Origin: Octopus vulgaris
Taxonomy: Eukaryota
Reading direction: 5' to 3'
Assembly (NCBI GenBank): GCA_951406725.2
Contig: OX597823.1
Span: 29,636,001 to 29,700,000, forward strand
Length of the DNA stretch: 64,000 nt
The notes below the pieces were generated by a model. The model made no database searches, was not told the DNA's origin, and saw only the letters and a list, made by a program, of their open reading frames with translations. The translations under genes and the position numbers were made by a program. Positions 39,231 to 53,720 of this stretch are shown one piece after another (position 1 is the stretch's first letter; each line of letters begins with the position of its first letter).

Positions 39231-39288
<58 letters not shown>

Positions 39289-39341
39289 CAAATTGATAGA
39301 TAGACAGAAAGATAGACATATAGACAGACAGACAGACAGAC

Positions 39342-39404
<63 letters not shown>

Positions 39405-39785
39405 CAGACAGAGATTACAATGAATTAACTAAACATGCGAGTGAGAAGGAGGGAAACAGAGAACGAGAGAAACATTAAAACGTTTATTGTCAAATAGGTC
39501 AGCGTCGAATCAGCAATAGCCCAACGTCCGAGCCAAAATGTTTTACCAGCTTGGCACCAGTGTCATACCAGACGTTGCCTTCAGAAAGTTAAAAAAAACA
39601 AACAAAATGGAATAGGTACTCCAATGGGCATCTCATCTTTACACTCTAAAAGTTCTGACAACCATAGACCTAGACTAGTAGAGATAACGTCAGTGGAATT
39701 TGAACCTAGAACTTACAGTCGAAATATAGCGCAAAGCATTCTTTTAATCAGTACTCTAACGACTTTTCCAGTTGTCCACCTTTAT

Positions 39786-39829
<44 letters not shown>

Positions 39830-39916
39830 ACGCGTATGTATGCATATATTCATACACACACATATGTATACATGCTTATATCCATATGTATGGACATGTT
39901 TGTGTGTATAAGTGAG

Positions 39917-39947
<31 letters not shown>

Positions 39948-39951
<4 letters not shown>

Positions 39952-40336
39952 TATAGAAGGAGCTTCTACAGGACTAGAACTGTTTCATTCAGATGAAATC
40001 TTCAGGAAGCTGGCTGTCAAAATAAGTTCTGGTATTTATGCATTTAGGCAGATTTAATGGAGTGGTGGCGGGGGACGTTTTTTGGGTAGGTTGGTATTTA
40101 GGAGATAAACAGGGCACAAGCTATTGTTCTAAGGGGAGTGGTCAAAAGGCCAGAGTGTTTTTTTGAAATGAGAAGAATCAGTGAGAAAATAAATAAATGA
40201 ATAAATAGAATAAATGAATAGAAACAGATATATGGGATGGGATTTTAGGTAAATTAGAAGGCAATTGCTTTTTGGTGGTCAAGAAGAGGTAGGCAGTTAT
40301 TGTTAGGTGGAGGGAATAAATAGATAAATATACATG
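39948..40336 (-). mobile_element. pLTR-like HHR element, left arm of an inverted pair
   Basis: Near-perfect reverse complement of 41799-42190, with one 4-bp indel. Confidence 0.9.
39961..40011 (-). ncRNA. Type I hammerhead ribozyme
   Basis: Identical to 42127-42177. Confidence 0.8.
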
Positions 40337-40543
40337 AAATAACATATAAAATAAATATACATACAAACACACTTACATACACATGCGAATATACATATGT
40401 ATACATACATACGCACATATATATACACACATACACATACATACATATATGTATGTATGTGTTTATATATGCATAATTATGTATATGTTTATATGTACGT
40501 AGGTATATTTATGTATGTATACTTATGTGTATTTGTATGTGTA

Positions 40544-41655
40544 ACTTAGAATAACTTAGAAAAGTTTTTGGCCAGTATTGGCCCAGGCCATGTCTAACTT
40601 AATAGCACCACCTGGCGAAGTCTTTCAGTTCAGGATTTGGGCACCAAGGCCCATTCGAGCAGAAAGTTATTGTTTGCGGAGACATATCCGGGTGTGGGTG
40701 GTTTGTCCGGTACTGTTTGAAGGAATTTGTCCAAAGACTTCTTGAATTTTGTGTGGTCAGTTTCTTTTTTGACGTGTCCTGGTGTAATGTTGAAGAGAGC
40801 GGGTCCAATTGAGGTGAAATAGTTGTGCCGTATTGTCGTTATGTGATGCGATTTAGATTTTTGTTGTGGACGGATGGCACGTGGTCCAAGCCTTGGATGC
40901 ATTTTGAAGGTGATGCCAACATCATTCGGACAGTGCTGATGGAATATTTTCCACATCATACAGATAATGTAGCGTTCACGGCGTCGTTGGAGTGAATACA
41001 ATTTCAGCTTCTCTAGTCTACCCCAGTAGTCAAGGTCTGACATGCCATCTATCTTTTTTGTGATTGACCTTTGGGGAGCTTCAATTCTCATAATATTTTG
41101 TTTTGTGTAGGGAGACCACAGTGGACAGCAGTATTCAAGGTGGGGTCGGGCAAAAGTGGAGAAGAGAAGGATAATAGCGTGGGAATCTCTCGACTGGAAG
41201 GTTCTGAGAATCCAGGAACACATTCTGCGGGCCATGTCAACTTTGCTGCTTATATGTGTAGCCCAGCTTATGTTGTTGTCCACTGTTACTCCCAGGTCTC
41301 TGATGTTGTTGGATGCCATGAGAATTTCTCCAGAAGGAAGAGAGTATGGGAGTTTCAGAGCGTCCTCCCTTCCAAAGTGGATCAGTTCGAATTTGTCTTC
41401 ATTTAGCAACATGTTATTCTTTTCCGCCCATTGGACAACAGCCAGTAGGTCTGACTGAAGGTTTATTCGGTCATCCACGCCATTGATGACCTTCTGGAGC
41501 TTGGAATCATCAGCGAAGGTTCTGATGTTGCTGTGTTTGATGGTGTCAGTAATATCATTTATGTAGATGATGAAGAGAAGTGGGCCCAACACAGTGCCTT
41601 GTGGGACACCACTGCTGACTTTGGCTGGGCTGGATTTGACTCCTTCGACTACAAC
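40544..41655 (-). mobile_element. CR1-like LINE, 5'-truncated, young
   Basis: Uninterrupted RT C-terminal frame, short 3' UTR and (tctaagtta)-type tail repeats at 40544-40560. Confidence 0.9.
40630..41652 (-). CDS. Reverse transcriptase ORF2 fragment of the CR1-like LINE (no native start)
   Basis: SGVPQGTVLGPLLFIIYIND...FADDSK...RDLGV...RPHLEYCCPLWSP...LKLYSLQRRRER. Confidence 0.9.
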   Translation of the reverse strand, partial: VVEGVKSSPAKVSSGVPQGTVLGPLLFIIYINDITDTIKHSNIRTFADDSKLQKVINGVDDRINLQSDLLAVVQWAEKNNMLLNEDKFELIHFGREDALKLPYSLPSGEILMASNNIRDLGVTVDNNISWATHISSKVDMARRMCSWILRTFQSRDSHAIILLFSTFARPHLEYCCPLWSPYTKQNIMRIEAPQRSITKKIDGMSDLDYWGRLEKLKLYSLQRRRERYIICMMWKIFHQHCPNDVGITFKMHPRLGPRAIRPQQKSKSHHITTIRHNYFTSIGPALFNITPGHVKKETDHTKFKKSLDKFLQTVPDKPPTPGYVSANNNFLLEWALVPKS

Positions 41656-41716
41656 ATATATATATGTATATATATATGTGCGTGTGTGTGTGTATGTAGG
41701 TGTATGTATGTATATG

Positions 41717-41775
<59 letters not shown>

Positions 41776-41798
41776 ATGTATATATGTATATATGTATA

Positions 41799-42259
41799 CA
41801 TGTATATTTATCTATTTATTCCCTCCACCTAACAATAACAAACTGCCTACCTCTTCTTGACCACCAAAAAGCAATTGCCTTCTAATTTACCTAAAATCCC
41901 ATCCCATATATCTGTTTCTATTCATTTATTCTATTTATTCATTTATTTATTTTCTCACTGATTCTTCTCATTTCAAAAAACACTCTGGCCTTTTGACCAC
42001 TCCCCTTAGAACAATAGCTTGTGCCCTGTTTATCTCCTAAATACCAACCTACCCAAAAAACGTCCCCCGCCACCACTCCATTAAATCTGCCTAAATGCAT
42101 AAATACCAGAACTTATTTTGACAGCCAGCTTCCTGAAGATTTCATCTGAATGAAACAGTTCTAGTCCTGTAGAAGCTCCTTCTATAAAATAAATTACTTT
42201 ACTCTGCTATGTATTGAGTACCTTATTTACTGTGGTTAACCCCGACTCAACCCGGGACC
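41799..42259 (+). mobile_element. pLTR-like HHR element, right arm
   Basis: See 39948-40336. This arm extends about 70 nt further and ends at (TA)n. Confidence 0.9.
42127..42177 (+). ncRNA. Type I hammerhead ribozyme
   Basis: AGCUUC-CUGAAGA-U UUCA uc UGAA U-GAAA-CAG uucuaguc CUG-UA-GAAGCU. Atypical U-U at the base of stem II. Confidence 0.8.
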
Positions 42260-42276
42260 TATATATATATATATAT

Positions 42277-42335
<59 letters not shown>

Positions 42336-42349
42336 ACAATCTTACATAA

Positions 42350-42553
42350 TAAATTAATAAATAAAATAAAACATATACATATATACATACATATATGTAC
42401 GTACCTACCTCTACATGTATATATACATGCATATATGGGTACAGGACACAAAAAAAAAACGTCGAACACAATGAGAAACGAAAACATAAAAAGAGAACCA
42501 AGGAAATGGACATTTTTCTGAAACAACGAAAAAATAGAGTACAGGACATATGC

Positions 42554-42556
<3 letters not shown>
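42350..42556 (-). mobile_element. Family R fragment, truncated before the HHR
   Basis: gggtacaggacac...gtcgaacacaatgagaaacgaaaacataaa matches 3015-3135. Confidence 0.75.
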
Positions 42557-42604
<48 letters not shown>

Positions 42605-42984
42605 CTATATATATATACAGGTGTGCATGTATGAGTGTGTCGGCGTGTGTGTGTGTGCGAGTGTGTTATTCTTATACCTGCATATGCTCTTGTATGTTAT
42701 ATGCATGCGTGCATCTCCCCCCCCCCTCTCTCTCTCTCTCTCTCACTCACTCACTCGCTCACTCTCTGTCAGTGCGTGCGTGTTTGTGTATGCTGTGGTG
42801 ATGGCGATGGTGGTAGTGAGGTGTGTTTTGTGGAGGAGGAGGAGGAGGAGGAGAGAGAGAGAGAGAAAGAGAGAGAGAGCAGTCGCAGGAAGTACAACAT
42901 CAAACTCGGTTTCTTGCGTATGTGGAATGCAGATTGACTGATGGGCGTTACACACACACATACATGCATATATATATATATTTT

Positions 42985-43027
<43 letters not shown>

Positions 43028-43256
43028 GAGAAAGAAAGAGAGAGGGGGAGGAAGAGAAGAGGAAACGTATGATGGGAGGGGAATGGTGATATTTTATCCC
43101 TTGTGTGGCTTCACGTTGCTCTCGTATCCAATGTCTTCTGAATTGGTAGGATGTTGCGAAAGTAAACGTCACGAAACAATCAACAACAACGGCAGAAGTA
43201 GCAGCAGCGGGGTAGTGTTGGTGGTAGTGTTTGTAGTAGTAGTGGTGGTGGTGGTG

Positions 43257-43292
<36 letters not shown>

Positions 43293-43846
43293 GTTGTAGA
43301 GTTTATTGAATACCTAAGATTTTTCATAACAAAGACCATCGTCTCTGTTGGTGTGTCGCGTATCATAGGGTGATGTGTGGCGGTAGTTTCGGTGGTAGTG
43401 GCCGTAGCGGCTGTGGAGCCTGTGGCAGCAGTAGGGCCTGTAGCGACAGCGGCAGTGGTGTGATTGTGTGTGTATGTGGGGGGGGGGGATGTGTATGATA
43501 TATGTATGGGATTATGGTGAGTATCGTGGTGTATGTGTATATTTGTATATGCGGGGAGTAAATGTCCCTCCGGTCTCCGACTCAGACTAGATCGAGTAGG
43601 TCTATAGTATCATGTGTGCCATCCGTGCTCATCCCGTCTGTTCAGTTTTTCATTTTGCTCTTATTGCAGTTGCCCCAATACAAATTCCATGTTGAAATAT
43701 CAAAGACGATGGTTTCTATTGGAACTGTTTTCAGGTTTGAAATTTTGTGATGGAATCTTAACTATGGCACGAAAACAATGGCATACACATGTATAAATAT
43801 ATATATATGCATACATATACACAGACACATTCACACATTCATATAT

Positions 43847-44006
<160 letters not shown>

Positions 44007-44149
44007 CTTATATTTTTTTTCAGGATTAAATAAAAAGACAATAAATGGAAAATATGACATATATATATATAATTTTTTTTTAAGTGCAGTAAACAAACGA
44101 TCATATACTAAATACACAGACGAAGAGAAAACACAGAAGTAAGTTTCTG

Positions 44150-44984
44150 CATCATTTGGTCCATCTGGCTGCAGTATACTTCGACCGTGATTGATGAGCC
44201 AGCTTTAATCAAGTCATAATGGCTCACACCTGCCCCAGACCACCAAGTACACATCATCAGCTTCTTTTAATGAATTTTGCTTTTTGGGCTGTTTTGGTGA
44301 CTCGTTTTTGTTCAACCATTATGCTGAATGTTTAGGGTTGTTGTATTGGATCCATTTCTCATCACATGTTACAATTCGATTCAAAAATGATTCATTTTTG
44401 TGACGAGAAAGTAGCATAATGCAGCCTTCCAAACGTTGCTGTTTCTGATTTTCATTGAGTTAATGTGGAACCCACTTATCCAAGTTTTTCACTTTACCGA
44501 TTTGAACTAGGTGAGTTAATATTGTTTGCTTGCAAACACCAAAGAACAACAATAATTTACGGGCATACTGAGATGGATCTAACTATACGGTGGTTTTCAG
44601 TTCGTTATTATCCACCTTTGTTTCTGGTCAACCGCGTTGCTCATTTGTGAGGTCAAAGTTACCAGAACGAAATTTTGCAAACCAATTTGATACTGTCTGC
44701 GGTGTAATAACATTAGAATGAAATATTCCATTAATATTCCGAGCCGTCTGTGATGCTGTATTTCCAAGAAAGAACTCATATTTCAAAACTACGAAATTCT
44801 CTAAATAAAAATGGCAAAAAGCGATTTATAAATACTCTATAAAGCGGAAACTGAGTTAGAATAAAGAAATAAATGTATCAGCTTTCTAACAAAAAATATT
44901 GTCAAAATATAATAATGGCGCAAAATAAGCAGCTGTCAAAGTTTACCGTTTACCTTACTACAAATGTCATACTTGACGACCTAA
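44150..44984 (-). mobile_element. Mariner transposon remnant
   Basis: Minus-strand peptides YEFFLGNTASQTARNING, GNFDLTNEQRG*PETKVDN and GKVKNLDKWVPH*L...FLNRIVTCDEKWIQYNN; TIR-like end ttgacgacctaa|ta. Confidence 0.85.
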
Positions 44985-45519
44985 TAGTTGCACGACCAAC
45001 TAAAAACTTTCTTCTTGAAGGGAATACACAAGTCTGTGGACCGCTGGACTAAATGCATCGAAAAGTAAGGAGACTATTATAGAAAAATGACGTATTTGTT
45101 TATCCCCTGCTTTTGTGTAAATACATTGAAAAAACAAGAGTGCGTAGAATTTTTTATTCGCCCTCGTATTTTCAGTTGAGATGTAAACAATTGCGTCAAA
45201 GTTCCTGGTATTAGACAGAAGAGAAACAATAAACTGATTCACTGCTAGCAATTTCCAACTTAGATTATTTATGAGACACTGTAGTATTGACCAAAAATCT
45301 CAAATCAATCATATAACCATTTTTGGTCCTCAAAATCTAGAATAGAATTGACGTTTACAAAGTTTCACGTTATCTTTTAACATTTATTCATTTTGTTCAA
45401 CTAGCGAACTTCACAATGGTACAACAAATCACTGAATTTCTTTTCGGGTCCGTTCAAAATGTCTTTAAATTCAGTGTTCGACATTATTTTGTAATTTTTC
45501 TTTTTTTTTTAATCTTTTA

Positions 45520-45737
45520 CTTGTTTCATTCATTGGACTTCGATTATCCTTTTCAAAATTTTAGTCGAAAAAATCGATCCCCGTATTCATTTTTAAGTCT
45601 GGCTCTTGCTCTATTGAACTTCTTTGACGAACGTAAACACACCAACACTAGTTGTCAAGCGGTGGTGGAGACAAATACAAAGACACACTCGCATATACTA
45701 CACATACACACACATATGTATACACACACACACAAAC

Positions 45738-45775
<38 letters not shown>

Positions 45776-46074
45776 GTATGTAGATATACAATGACACACA
45801 CGCATATATTAGTATGCATACACACATAAACATAGATAAAACAGGCTTTCTCACTGTTTCTGTCTGCCAAATTCACTCGCTGGGCATTGCTCGACCAAGA
45901 GCAATTGAAGAGGACTCCTGTCCAAAGTGCCTCACTGTGGAACTGACCTTAGACCAACACTGGTTGTTAAGCGGTGGTGGAGACAAATACAAAGACACAC
46001 ACGCGTATACTACACATACACACACATACGTATACATACAAACGCGCACACACGTTTGTGTGTCTGTGTGTGCG

Positions 46075-46122
<48 letters not shown>

Positions 46123-46325
46123 CGCACATACAGACGCACATATATACATATATATACATATGTAGTTATACAAAGACACATACACACATATATAAGTATG
46201 CACACACACACATAAATATAGGCTTCCTCACAGTTTCCGTCTACCAAATTCACTCGCTGGACATTGCTCGACCCAGGGCAAGTGAAGCGGACTCCTGTCC
46301 AAAGTGCCTCACTGTGGAACTGACT
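45520..46325 (-). mobile_element. Tandemly duplicated, decayed SINE family A
   Basis: ccaacact.gttgt.aagcggtggtggagacaaatacaaagacacac at about 45642 and 45954. Confidence 0.75.
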
Positions 46326-48080
46326 TTGGAACGCCTCTATTAAGCCCATACATTGTTCGTTTCTTAGGGAATGTGCACATGATTTCTGTCGGTGAATAAG
46401 AAAATGGCATATTATTAGAATATTAAAACGAGTTGAAGCTTCTCCGGTTCTATCTTGAATAAAACAACAAGTCTATTTTGAGAATCCTCGTTAAATGGCG
46501 CTTCGTCTGTAACTACGTCATAAAAGAAGATCGAAATAATTTATTGGTGAATTGTGATCTCTTGTAACAAATGTTAGATCGATTCAAAAACAAATACTTT
46601 CGTTTTATAAAGCGTGCCGTTATCTCGCATACAAATATAACCGATTCGGCAGTATTACTGCACTTGAAATATTTGTTGCTTTGTCTACCAACATCAAATA
46701 CAACACAAATTGTAAGGCAGCTTGCTTCGAAAATACCTGGATATTGTCTGCCATGTTTTTTGTACATACGTTCACAAACCGTTCTTTGTAATAAGCCAAT
46801 ATTCTCAAACATGATTATTTCTGGAATTAAAATTTCCTCCCAACAGCAACTCTATACTCTTTAATAAACTTATTTTTGATATGTGGTTTCACTTATAATT
46901 ATCAGAGAACACTTCACGATTTGTATCACGCAACTACGTTTGTATTTGCATAAAGATTCTTTTAAAAACGCTAATTTGCTTACACGCAAAGTCTTCAGTT
47001 TTTTCGTATTCCTTATAATTGGTCAAACAGTAACATTTACAGTAATACTTTTAATATATAAGCCTCGACCGAATCTATACAAACGTCACACTCACAGCAT
47101 TTACTCCCATGGAAAAATAAATATTTGTTAGATCGCCATTTTCCGCTTTTAGAACAAACCAACAACAACAACAAAAAAGATTACTTTCATACAATTTACA
47201 CTATTGATCTAAAATCTTTAATAAAAACAGACAAACGCACAACCAACGTTGCCAGCGGGTGACTATATTTATAATGACATGAGCAATAATCAGTCTAGAC
47301 GAAATATAAATTCACACTGACTATTTATAACTAATAACAATACCTAATACGACAGCATAAATACCCGGTAGCGGGTTTTATTTATTTAGGGCGGGTTTGG
47401 GATCAAATATGAAACACTAATTGACACTAATAGAGGTGTGACTGTTACGTCATCAACTCTGACATATTTCAGTCAATGATTCATGTCACAAAACAAACAC
47501 TACAGCTAACAGAAATGTATTTTTGCCTTCAGGGATGTTGAAAATAACTTATATTAAATTTCCTCCAAAGTCTCTACGCTTCAAACGTTGTCTGTCTATA
47601 CTCAGGGATTTTGAGTACTTCAGTAGAAAACTTCGAACTCGAATGCAGGCGAAGGGTTTCACACCTTGTGATATGAAAGCTTCTTATGAGAGACCCCTTA
47701 GCGTGATTTGTTTGCTTCAGTTGTTGTTATATCAATCTGTGTAGAGGTTCATTGTTCTCTATACGGAATCTATAAAACCATGCAAAGCGATTGGAAGTCA
47801 TGTGAAAAAAAGTCATAAACTTGAAGTGAACTTAAGTCAATATTCGTTGCCTGTCAACATGTTATTGCTGTACATCATTCTCCTCTCTGTTTCTCACTCA
47901 CATTCAATCATTCAAATAATCATTACTTTTCTCATCTCCCCTATGCTAATATTTCAGTGGACAGGAGATAAATATTCATCATTCCACTATGAGCAGTTAT
48001 ATAAATATCTATATAGACATACACACATACGATATATATAGTATGGTATTATCCATATAATTCAATATTTATGTATATAT

Positions 48081-48243
48081 ACGACGGGCTTCTTTCAATT
48101 TTCGCCTACCAAATCCACTCACAAGGCTTTGGTCAACCCGAGGCTGTAGTAGAAGACACTTTCTCAAGGTGCCACGCAGTGGGACTGAACCCAGAACCAT
48201 GTGATTGGGAAGCAAGCTTCTTACCACAGAGCCACGCGTGCGC
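48081..48243 (-). mobile_element. SINE family A head
   Basis: Matches the other family A heads. Confidence 0.85.
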
Positions 48244-49737
48244 CAATATATATTATATATTTCTTCTGCATTCTCTTTTTTTTATAATTGTCATTTTACT
48301 TGTAACTACACCTTTTCTGTTTTAAAACCCATAAAAAATTACTTTTGAGTCGCTTTTGGGGGTACTAGAACGGATCAATTAGATTTCAGTTAATTTCAAT
48401 GGAGAAAATTGATTTGTAAAACGAGTAAATCTTAAGATAAACTCGGTCATAGAACGAATTAAACTCGTACTGCGAGGTATCACTGTAACACAATGATGGT
48501 GCGGAGTCACGTTCATGAAATGTGCCTCAAAATTTTCCAAGCCTAGGTCTGCTTATATTTCTTGCTTCCATGTCTTATTCTGCCAACATTGCGGTGATTT
48601 GGCAGATACGTGATAAAGTAGGATAAAATGTCCTTTCGTTAACAGTTCCAATCTCGCTAAAATAAATTTTGCTTTTCACACTTCCGGAGAAATTGAAATA
48701 AAGTGCCAACTCCTTGCGGCGTGTCATTCCATTAAACCTCGAAGACATCGTACACAGTAAATTACTATTTTTAAATCCCCCAACGTGAGATATTCAACAA
48801 CAGTACTTTGTAGTAAAGAAATAACCCGGAAATCGCGATACACAGATATTGTTTTGAGCTGAGAGGGGGTGCTAGATTCCCTTATTCGAAAATATAGACA
48901 CAGATCGTGTAGTACGACCAGCTGGAGACGATGTCTCCTGGGACTAAATTACAGCAACATTCGTCCTAAACCAGGACTGCCATGTTATGTTGGCAAACAA
49001 TCTTTACTGCATTGTACACAGTAGTACCTAGCAGTATTTATTCCATTTCTTTCTTTTTTTTCTTTTCTTTTTTGCGTTCTGTTTTCTTGACTTTCGATTT
49101 TTCCTGTCACCTGATCTTTAGGGATGGGGGGGGGAGTTCTTTTGGAAGCATTCGAGCAGGTCTCCGGAATTAAGGATAGCGTCTTCTATTTCCACCCCCA
49201 GTCTCGAAGATCTTAAAAGACGGTGTGAGTGAGGATCACGGGCGTTATCCTCGCTCCCTAACTGAAAGATGAAGAAAAGCAAAGGACATGTGAATGACGA
49301 TACCTTATGTCCAAGGAGAAAATAATTTCTCTTGTTATTGTTACTGATGGTGGTAGCGGTTTCTAGTCTCAGGACAGCTTTGGATAAAAAGATATATTGA
49401 TCAAAGACGGTTCGGCCGTGACCAGCCTGCCTTTTATTTTTGCAGGTGGTGTATATTTGTAACCATCTTATGTAATGTAGCCCTTTATTTCTGAGATGCT
49501 TAATGTAGTTTGAGGGAGATTTAACATGTATTTCTTGCCGGTCGGGTGACCATGAAGACACCCGTATTTGGTATAGATGCGAAAGTATGCAGTAAACACC
49601 TGTGCTCCTCCGAGTTATTTGGAGCAAAATCGCTGACAGCCCAGGATTCGAAACACACCTTACCACATGTTGGCTTCCAGTTAGCATTTCCGCCGCAAGT
49701 AGAAGGGATATGGTGTTGATATTGATGCCGATAGGGG

Positions 49738-50135
49738 TTGGTAGTGGTGGCGACGGCGGCGGCGGTGGTGGTGGTGATGTGGTGTGGTGGTGTGGTGGTG
49801 GTGGTGGTGGTGGTGGTGGTGGTGGCGGCGGCGGTGATGGTGTGGTGTGATGGTGGTAGTGGTGGTGGTGGTGGTGTGGTATGGTGGTGGTGATGGTGGT
49901 GGTGGTGGTGACTGGTGGCGGTGGTGGTGTGGTGTGATGATGGTGATGGTAGTTGTGATGGTGGTGGTGGTGGTAGTGGTGGCTGGTGGCGGCGGCGGTG
50001 ACGATGGCGGTGTGATGGTGGTGATGGTGATGGTGATGGTGATGGTGGTTGTGATGATGGTGGTGGTGGTGGTGGTAATGGTGGTGGTGGTAGTATGGTG
50101 TTGGTGTTGGTGTTTGTGTTGATGGTGCGAGTGAT
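49738..50135. repeat. (GGT/GAT/GGC)n trinucleotide tract
   Basis: Directly visible. Confidence 0.95.
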
Positions 50136-50722
50136 GATGCTTGTGTGGTTTTATCTTGATAAAACCGAGTGGATATTTGATACGCACACACACACACACA
50201 CACACACACATGTATATATGTATATATGCATGTATGCATGTATGTATGCATGTATTTGTAAGAAATTGCACCAAATGCAGTGCAAACAAGCGGACATACA
50301 TTAAAAAGTATACGAACATAAATACGCGTCTACAGTTACACTCGTACATGTCTATATATGCTTGTGCGAGCATGTGCGCTGAGAGAGAGAGACCCATACC
50401 TGCTCCCACCTACCCACCCACTGTCTGCCCGTATTCACATGCAGACACATGTTGACAATTATGAACAAACTGAAGCATGTTGTATATAAATTGATACACA
50501 TGCAAGCTTTTATACGTAAGCAACATGTAACTATACCCCCCACCCCTCTCTTCATACACATATAAACGTATACGTATATATGGATGTATAGTTTTTATGT
50601 ACATATATATATATATATATACATATATGTATATATGTATATAATATATATAATATATATATATATAATATATAAATACATGCACACACATATATATACA
50701 TACTCACACATATATATGTACG

Positions 50723-50770
<48 letters not shown>

Positions 50771-50805
50771 CCATATATCCCCATAAGCAATGTATAGTTG
50801 TATGT

Positions 50806-50836
<31 letters not shown>

Positions 50837-50936
50837 CATATGATATACATATATATACATATGATATATATATATATAATATATATAATATATGTAAATA
50901 TATACACACATACACACGCAAACACACATATATATG

Positions 50937-50974
<38 letters not shown>

Positions 50975-51036
50975 CCCACATATCTCCATATATGTATGTA
51001 TATGTGTATATATATATGCATAATATATGTTTATAA

Positions 51037-51092
<56 letters not shown>

Positions 51093-51481
51093 TGGATTCT
51101 TCCGTCGAAAACGCAATATGAGCTCCCAATAAAATCATAAAAGGAAAAAGTGTTGCTACTGAACAACCTGCGCATAGAACTTGTTTCAAGTGGGGGTAAG
51201 TCTGTGCAGAGCCTGCACCACTGTCCACACCCCCAACCTCGACTTGCATAACTTGCACTGCTGCAATGCAGGATACATGCGCCATACACAAAAGGATGCA
51301 TACCAAGTTAATGATGTAAGACCAAAACAGATCAATACCAGTCTCCTTTCATATAGCAGTCCACAATATGGGGAAAGGATATAAATAATATACATACATA
51401 TGCCTATATATGCATACATACATACACATATATATATATACATATACTTACCTATATACATACATATATATACATATACAT

Positions 51482-51524
<43 letters not shown>

Positions 51525-51550
51525 TACATATACATAAATACATATATACA

Positions 51551-51600
<50 letters not shown>

Positions 51601-51615
51601 CATACATACATACAT

Positions 51616-51658
<43 letters not shown>

Positions 51659-51914
51659 TATATACATATACATACATATACATACATATACATATATATA
51701 TACATATATACATATACATAAATACATATATACATACATATATACATACATATATACATATACATACATACATACATACATACATACATACATACATACA
51801 TACTTACATACATACGTACGTACGTACGTACGTACATACATACATACATACATACATACATACATACATACATACATACATACATACATACATAATGTTT
51901 GCCTCTCAAACCCT

Positions 51915-52187
51915 CTTTCGTGGAGCCGAAGAGATAGACCAGTGACGAGGAAGTGAAAACTGTAGTGAAGAAGTGGCTCAAAGAACAGTCAACAGAATTT
52001 TACAGTGCAGGGATACATGCTCTCATCCGAAGGTGGAACATTGCTATTGAGAGAAACGGTGACTATGTTGAGAAGTAGGGATGTGATCCACAGGAGACCA
52101 GCTTCATTTTGATGCATGATACATATTCTTGTGTTGGTAATTATACCTGTCCTAAACAAAATGGCATTACGTTTTGACTCACCCTCG
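51915..52187 (+). mobile_element. Mariner transposon 3' end
   Basis: [45 protein letters not shown], then TIR ...ttttgactcaccctcg|ta. Confidence 0.85.
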
Positions 52188-52499
52188 TACATTGATAAAC
52201 GCATTCGCGCATACAGACACCAACACAAGCGGACACGAAAACATATAGGCATACATGGACATACACGTAAATGTATGCCGGTACATGAACCAGTGATTAG
52301 GATGTTCAATTCCCGATCGTATCTTTGTGGATCCAGTTTGCCCCAGAGAGTGAGAGAGAGCATTGCGTTGTCTTCATCTACTCCTCTCATGACAATCCCC
52401 ACTATATAGATACACACACACAGATGAGAGAGGAAGGGAGAGAGAGAGAGGGGGAGTCAGAGAGAGGGAGCGAGAGAGAAAATCTCTGTGTTTGAGTGA

Positions 52500-52710
52500 A
52501 GCCGCATGGCTCAGTGGTTACAGCAGCGAGTTTACATTCGCTTAAGTAGTGAGTTCGATTCCCGAACTTGGCTGTGTTGTGCTTTTGAGCAAGACACCTT
52601 ATTTCACGTTGCTCCGGTTCACTCATTTGTAGAAACGCGTTGCGGCGTCACTGGTGTCATGTTGTACCGGCCTTTGCATTTCCCCTGGACAATATCAATG
52701 GCGTGGAGAT
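52500..52710 (+). mobile_element. tRNA-derived SINE
   Basis: gcatggctcagtggtta...gagttcgattccc...ttgagcaagacac. Confidence 0.65.
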
Positions 52711-52799
52711 GAGAAAGTCTTGTGATGACATTTTTTCTTCCCGTTTGACAGATGAAATAGCTACCAAACGGTTAATTAGTCTGTTATTAGATTCCTTAA

Positions 52800-53720
52800 T
52801 GACTATGTAATTGACGTCTTTTTCTTTTACGTTTTTATCCCATTTTTTCAGTTTGGTAAGGGCGGTCTGTGTATTTTCTTATTTTTTAAAAACAGTCGAC
52901 CACTCCTCCTCTTTTTCTTTATCGTCGCACTCTTCCTCTTGTTTTAATGGTAATTGTGTCGTCTCTGCTGATGTAGGTGATGTTTCCTCTGTCCTCTTCT
53001 CCTTCCTTTTCTTCCTGCCCTTTTTTTGCAGGTTTGCATTCGGTCCTTATATGGCCCTTTAACCCGCAGTTAAACATCTTGGCTGTCACCAAGACGATCA
53101 GCCTCTCCTCTCCGATGTTTATTATTTCTCGAATTTCTTCCAGCGTAGGGACCTCTGCCTGAACCGACGTGTTCAAGCATTGTCCTCTCTAATTCAGTTC
53201 CTCCACCTCTGAGGCCTGGAGAAAGGTAATTTCTTTTTCCTAGTCCATTATTATCGCCGCCACTAGCAAGGCAGCATCTACTTCCGTAGGAATATTCGTA
53301 ATTTTTATTTTCGATGTTCTTCCCATATATATGGGAAGAAGAAACACCTCCTTGGTTCTTAAAGTTTCTGAAGAGTGCTGCCTGGCCACCTCCTCTAATG
53401 TGAATCTCACTTCGACCGCTCCAAATCGTTTGCCTCTTGTCATGTATGTTATATCCGACCATATCGGTTTGAGGCATTTTTCAATTAATTTTTCCTGTCT
53501 CATCTACTCGTCTCTTTTCGACGTTGTAAATTTTGTAGATGATTCTTTTCCTATTTGTTTGCTCTGCTGTTTCTGTTGGAGGGGCTACTTGTATTTCCGT
53601 CCCCTCCTTTTTTAACATTGTCCTAAACATTTTAAAATTACTTTTCTCCGTGTTTCTTGCTGCCTCGGCAAAGATTAACTTTTTTTGGCGACACCGCCGG
53701 TGATTTTTCCTCTTCACCTG
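52800..53720 (-). pseudogene. LINE ORF1/gag-like remnant with CCHC knuckle
   Basis: Consecutive minus ORFs 53481-53717, 53240-53503 and 52919-53176 form a broken frame ending in ...FNCGLKGHIRTEC. Confidence 0.6.

Noticed and set aside
49118-50251. 377-aa ORF with poly-His/Pro/Thr
   Set aside because: The N-terminal half is a trinucleotide tract. The remainder (49130-49680) has no motif I recognise and may be a TE remnant.
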